A stretch of 64,000 nt of DNA from Andalucia godoyi And28 (Eukaryota; Protista; Jakobida): assembly GCA_009859145.1 (NCBI GenBank), contig VRVR01000048.1, positions 165,763 through 229,762 of the forward strand, in the 5' to 3' direction. Both the position numbers and the translations under genes were made by a program. Every line of letters begins with the position of its first letter. The stretch's first letter is position 1. The notes beneath the pieces are model-generated. The model was not told the origin of the DNA. It did no database searches and was given only the letters and a program-made list of their open reading frames with translations. This document shows positions 61,374-64,000 of this stretch, one piece after another.

Positions 61374-64000
61374 TTACTTCACCAAGAACGTTTGCATCTT
61401 TCCTTTCCCCTTGATATCGACGTCTCCGCGTTCTTCACAGTCGACTGAGGACCACACCAATTCATACGTACTACGTGTGATCTGAATTCTTCCCGGGACT
61501 CCACTTGACTCCATCCGGGAAGCAATATTGACCGCATCGCCAATGCAATCATAGACAAATTTGCTTTTTCCAATGACGGCTCCGATGACTGGACCGGAGT
61601 TGACGCCGGCACGTATTTCTATGCTGGTAGAGTGCTGCAAGTTGTACTGCTTGACCATGTCGATCACGTCCTTTAAAAAGGAAATCATAGCAACAGCGTG
61701 GTCGTGTTTGCGTTCGAACAGACCGGCGGCCCCAAAAAAGCAATCTCCGATGAGCTTGATCTTTTCAATCTTGTGTTTTGTGCACAAAATATCGATGTTT
61801 GAGAAAATGTCACTCAGCATCTCAACCAAATCGCGAGGTGTCATGTGCGACGACAATTCCGTAAACTTGACAATGTCGACAAAACAAAGACTGACGCATT
61901 GATACTGGTCATATATGGGATGTTCCCCGTCTTTTAGACGTGTGGCAATACTGCGGGGCAGTATGTTCAGCAACAAGTCGTCGGATCGTTGACGTTCTGT
62001 ACGAAGCAACAGCTCAGTCTTCTCTCCCACAGTCAAATCACGCACAAATGCTGCGTAAAAAATCTCGTCCTTGATCTTATACGACGACAGCGATAGCTGG
62101 ACAGGGAACGTCTGCTGATCTGGCAGCATTCCATCCGCACGCAAGGACAGCGTGCCTTTCTTCCGGACGGCTTCGTCCAGTGCTTTTGGAATGTCGTACG
62201 GGAAATTGTCCGAGAAGGAACGCAAGTTGCACACAAGAGTGTCAAAAGATCGCCCGATGACATTTCCGTTTTCCGAGCATCTGAATATCTGATTGGCAGA
62301 CGGAGAAGCGTGTTCAACAAATCCTTTCGAGTTCAGCTCCAATATGCCGTCCACTGAAGCCGCAAGAACCGACCGTGTCCTCAGCTCTGCTTCCTCCACG
62401 GCATCTTGGAACATGTTCTCACTCATTCGTGTTCCGTGAGTGCGCACAAAAGATTCCAATGCGGGAACCTTCTCGACAACCGGAACAGGTATCATCGTTA
62501 GCATCTTCCGATACTGGTGAATTTCCTTCCACAAATGCGCTTGAAGGAACTGGGAGACGACAAGAGCTACCGCGATGACACCCACACATACTCCGAATAC
62601 TGGACCGATGGAACTCAATGCAAACGTTACTGTACTGGGAGTTTCGCTCACAAAAATCGCCTTCGACTGTGTCAGAAGAGGTCCCAAATAAAGAGACTCG
62701 ATGTTGAGCAAATCGCGATAGGTTTGCAACTGGAATGTGAGTTGCGAATCCGGAAGCAGCAAAAGGACATTGGCCAAGTTTAGGTAGGCGGACATGATTC
62801 CATCAAGACCGAGACATGCTACGTTGAGCGTATCGTTGCATCGTCGGTCAAACAGCAGACTATCTTGTGCTGCAGAATGACCAACGGATGGTGGTGTTTC
62901 AAACTTTGCTGATCCGTACTTGACAGCATCGTGAATTTCGGACAGCTGCTGAATTCCTGCACTCAGCTGAGGTCGCATGCTCGCCCTGCCTCCGTTCAGC
63001 AGCCGAGCATCATCCCGAATTAGTTCCGTTGCCAAGTAGTTGATTCTTTGCGAAAACGACCGTCGAGACCCTGCATAGTTGATCTGTGCAGACTTCGAGT
63101 ATGATGAAAAACTTGCAGCCAAGCAAAAACCGCACATGACGATGATCAGCGAGCAAATCACAATGATGAATGTCAGGAAAATTAAAGTCACTCGTGTGGT
63201 GGCAGACGTGGAAGAAGCCGCTGCACCACGTAACAGAATATCCGCACTAGAGCCCTTCTTGCCATTGCCCGCATGAATTGCAGTGCGACATTTTTGAACA
63301 ATCGTGGAAACATCGGTCTTTGGAACTAGCAAAAACAGTCGCGAGATGGCTTTCCGCTCGCGAAGAATTGATCTCATGGCCCGAACGTAGAGTAGCAAAA
63401 TCAACAAGATGGGCAGGCCAACCGCAAGCGCAGCAAGTACCCACAAGGTGATTCGATCTTGAGCAGCAGAGTCACGATAATAAGCGACGTAAGCATAGAC
63501 AAGACTCCACATACCCGTGAGCAAAGAATATGGACCGTTTTCAACAATAGAACGGAAATCTGTGTTGTTCCCGGTCCACACGTTGCTGGAAAAGAATGTA
63601 GCGTTGAACGATGCCACATTCCTAATGCTTCGTACGTAGGAGTTGTACATTTCCCACCGCGATTGCATGACAACAGTGTGATCTTGTGTTGAAGCGCTCC
63701 ACAGATAGAAAGGAACGTCTCTCTTTTGCCATTCTGCTATCAACGAGTCGACGCCGAAAGTGCTCGCAAACAGAGAAGAAGCTGCTGTTTCGATATCGGT
63801 AGCAGTTTGTGTTAACTTTGTAATTGATGCGGAGAACGAGGTTCCCGTGTACCAGCCTTTGGCAACCGCTTCGCAAAGCGCAGTCATGTACGCCGCATTC
63901 ACGGACGGCATACGGGTCCCTCCTGCATTGGCAACCATGTCCCCCTTATCCGACCGTATCGTCGATTTTCCAATGACATACACTGTGATGCAAATCGCAA
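61374..64000 (-). CDS. Multi-TM PAS-domain class III adenylyl cyclase, 5'-truncated by window end
   Basis: Frame open to 64000; several TM helices, NarX/PilJ-like QINYAGSRRSFSQR, PAS (ASVDGILELN...SANQIF), cyclase FVDIVKFT, KIKLIGDCF, YDCIGDAVNIASRMES. Confidence 0.9.
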   Translation of the reverse strand, partial: AICITVYVIGKSTIRSDKGDMVANAGGTRMPSVNAAYMTALCEAVAKGWYTGTSFSASITKLTQTATDIETAASSLFASTFGVDSLIAEWQKRDVPFYLWSASTQDHTVVMQSRWEMYNSYVRSIRNVASFNATFFSSNVWTGNNTDFRSIVENGPYSLLTGMWSLVYAYVAYYRDSAAQDRITLWVLAALAVGLPILLILLLYVRAMRSILRERKAISRLFLLVPKTDVSTIVQKCRTAIHAGNGKKGSSADILLRGAAASSTSATTRVTLIFLTFIIVICSLIIVMCGFCLAASFSSYSKSAQINYAGSRRSFSQRINYLATELIRDDARLLNGGRASMRPQLSAGIQQLSEIHDAVKYGSAKFETPPSVGHSAAQDSLLFDRRCNDTLNVACLGLDGIMSAYLNLANVLLLLPDSQLTFQLQTYRDLLNIESLYLGPLLTQSKAIFVSETPSTVTFALSSIGPVFGVCVGVIAVALVVSQFLQAHLWKEIHQYRKMLTMIPVPVVEKVPALESFVRTHGTRMSENMFQDAVEEAELRTRSVLAASVDGILELNSKGFVEHASPSANQIFRCSENGNVIGRSFDTLVCNLRSFSDNFPYDIPKALDEAVRKKGTLSLRADGMLPDQQTFPVQLSLSSYKIKDEIFYAAFVRDLTVGEKTELLLRTERQRSDDLLLNILPRSIATRLKDGEHPIYDQYQCVSLCFVDIVKFTELSSHMTPRDLVEMLSDIFSNIDILCTKHKIEKIKLIGDCFFGAAGLFERKHDHAVAMISFLKDVIDMVKQYNLQHSTSIEIRAGVNSGPVIGAVIGKSKFVYDCIGDAVNIASRMESSGVPGRIQITRSTYELVWSSVDCEERGDVDIKGKGKMQTFLVK

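Overview
Gene-dense, intron-poor nuclear DNA from a flagellated eukaryote. A protist is inferred from DRC4, DNAAF5 and DYNC2LI1, GTATGT...YAG introns and a plant/archaeal-type TyrRS; I cannot name the species. About 29 host protein-coding genes are supported: SFT2 (3' end), three unrelated class III nucleotidyl cyclases, ABCG, pirin, a 1.6-kaa single-pass receptor with a WD40 tail, thioesterase, APH-family kinase, PH protein, DRC4, an Erv oxidase, RPSA, NOA1, a MORN protein, DNAAF5, DYNC2LI1, EMC7, VPS20, TyrRS, a 7TM protein, a VWA protein, SDHAF4, RSM22, THADA and four orphans. Only two introns are clearly supported. Mobile DNA: one complete 5,061-bp hAT transposon (13616-18676; perfect 8-bp TSD ATTGTGAC, imperfect TIRs, intact DDE transposase, ~2.5 kb unexplained interior) and a second, frameshifted hAT relic (~30260-32070). 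Best non-obvious observations: (1) a dual-guide box C/D snoRNA in the RPSA intron whose two guides both predict conserved LSU rRNA methylation sites; (2) a FixL-like heme-PAS adenylyl cyclase; (3) a PAS-cyclase carrying a NarX P-box-like sensor motif; (4) a diverged intergenic repeat present twice, ~50 kb apart, with mostly synonymous-pattern differences; (5) a possible non-AUG mitochondrial presequence on pirin. No rRNA, tRNA or CRISPR array was found. All family calls are from motif recognition by eye, not database searches.
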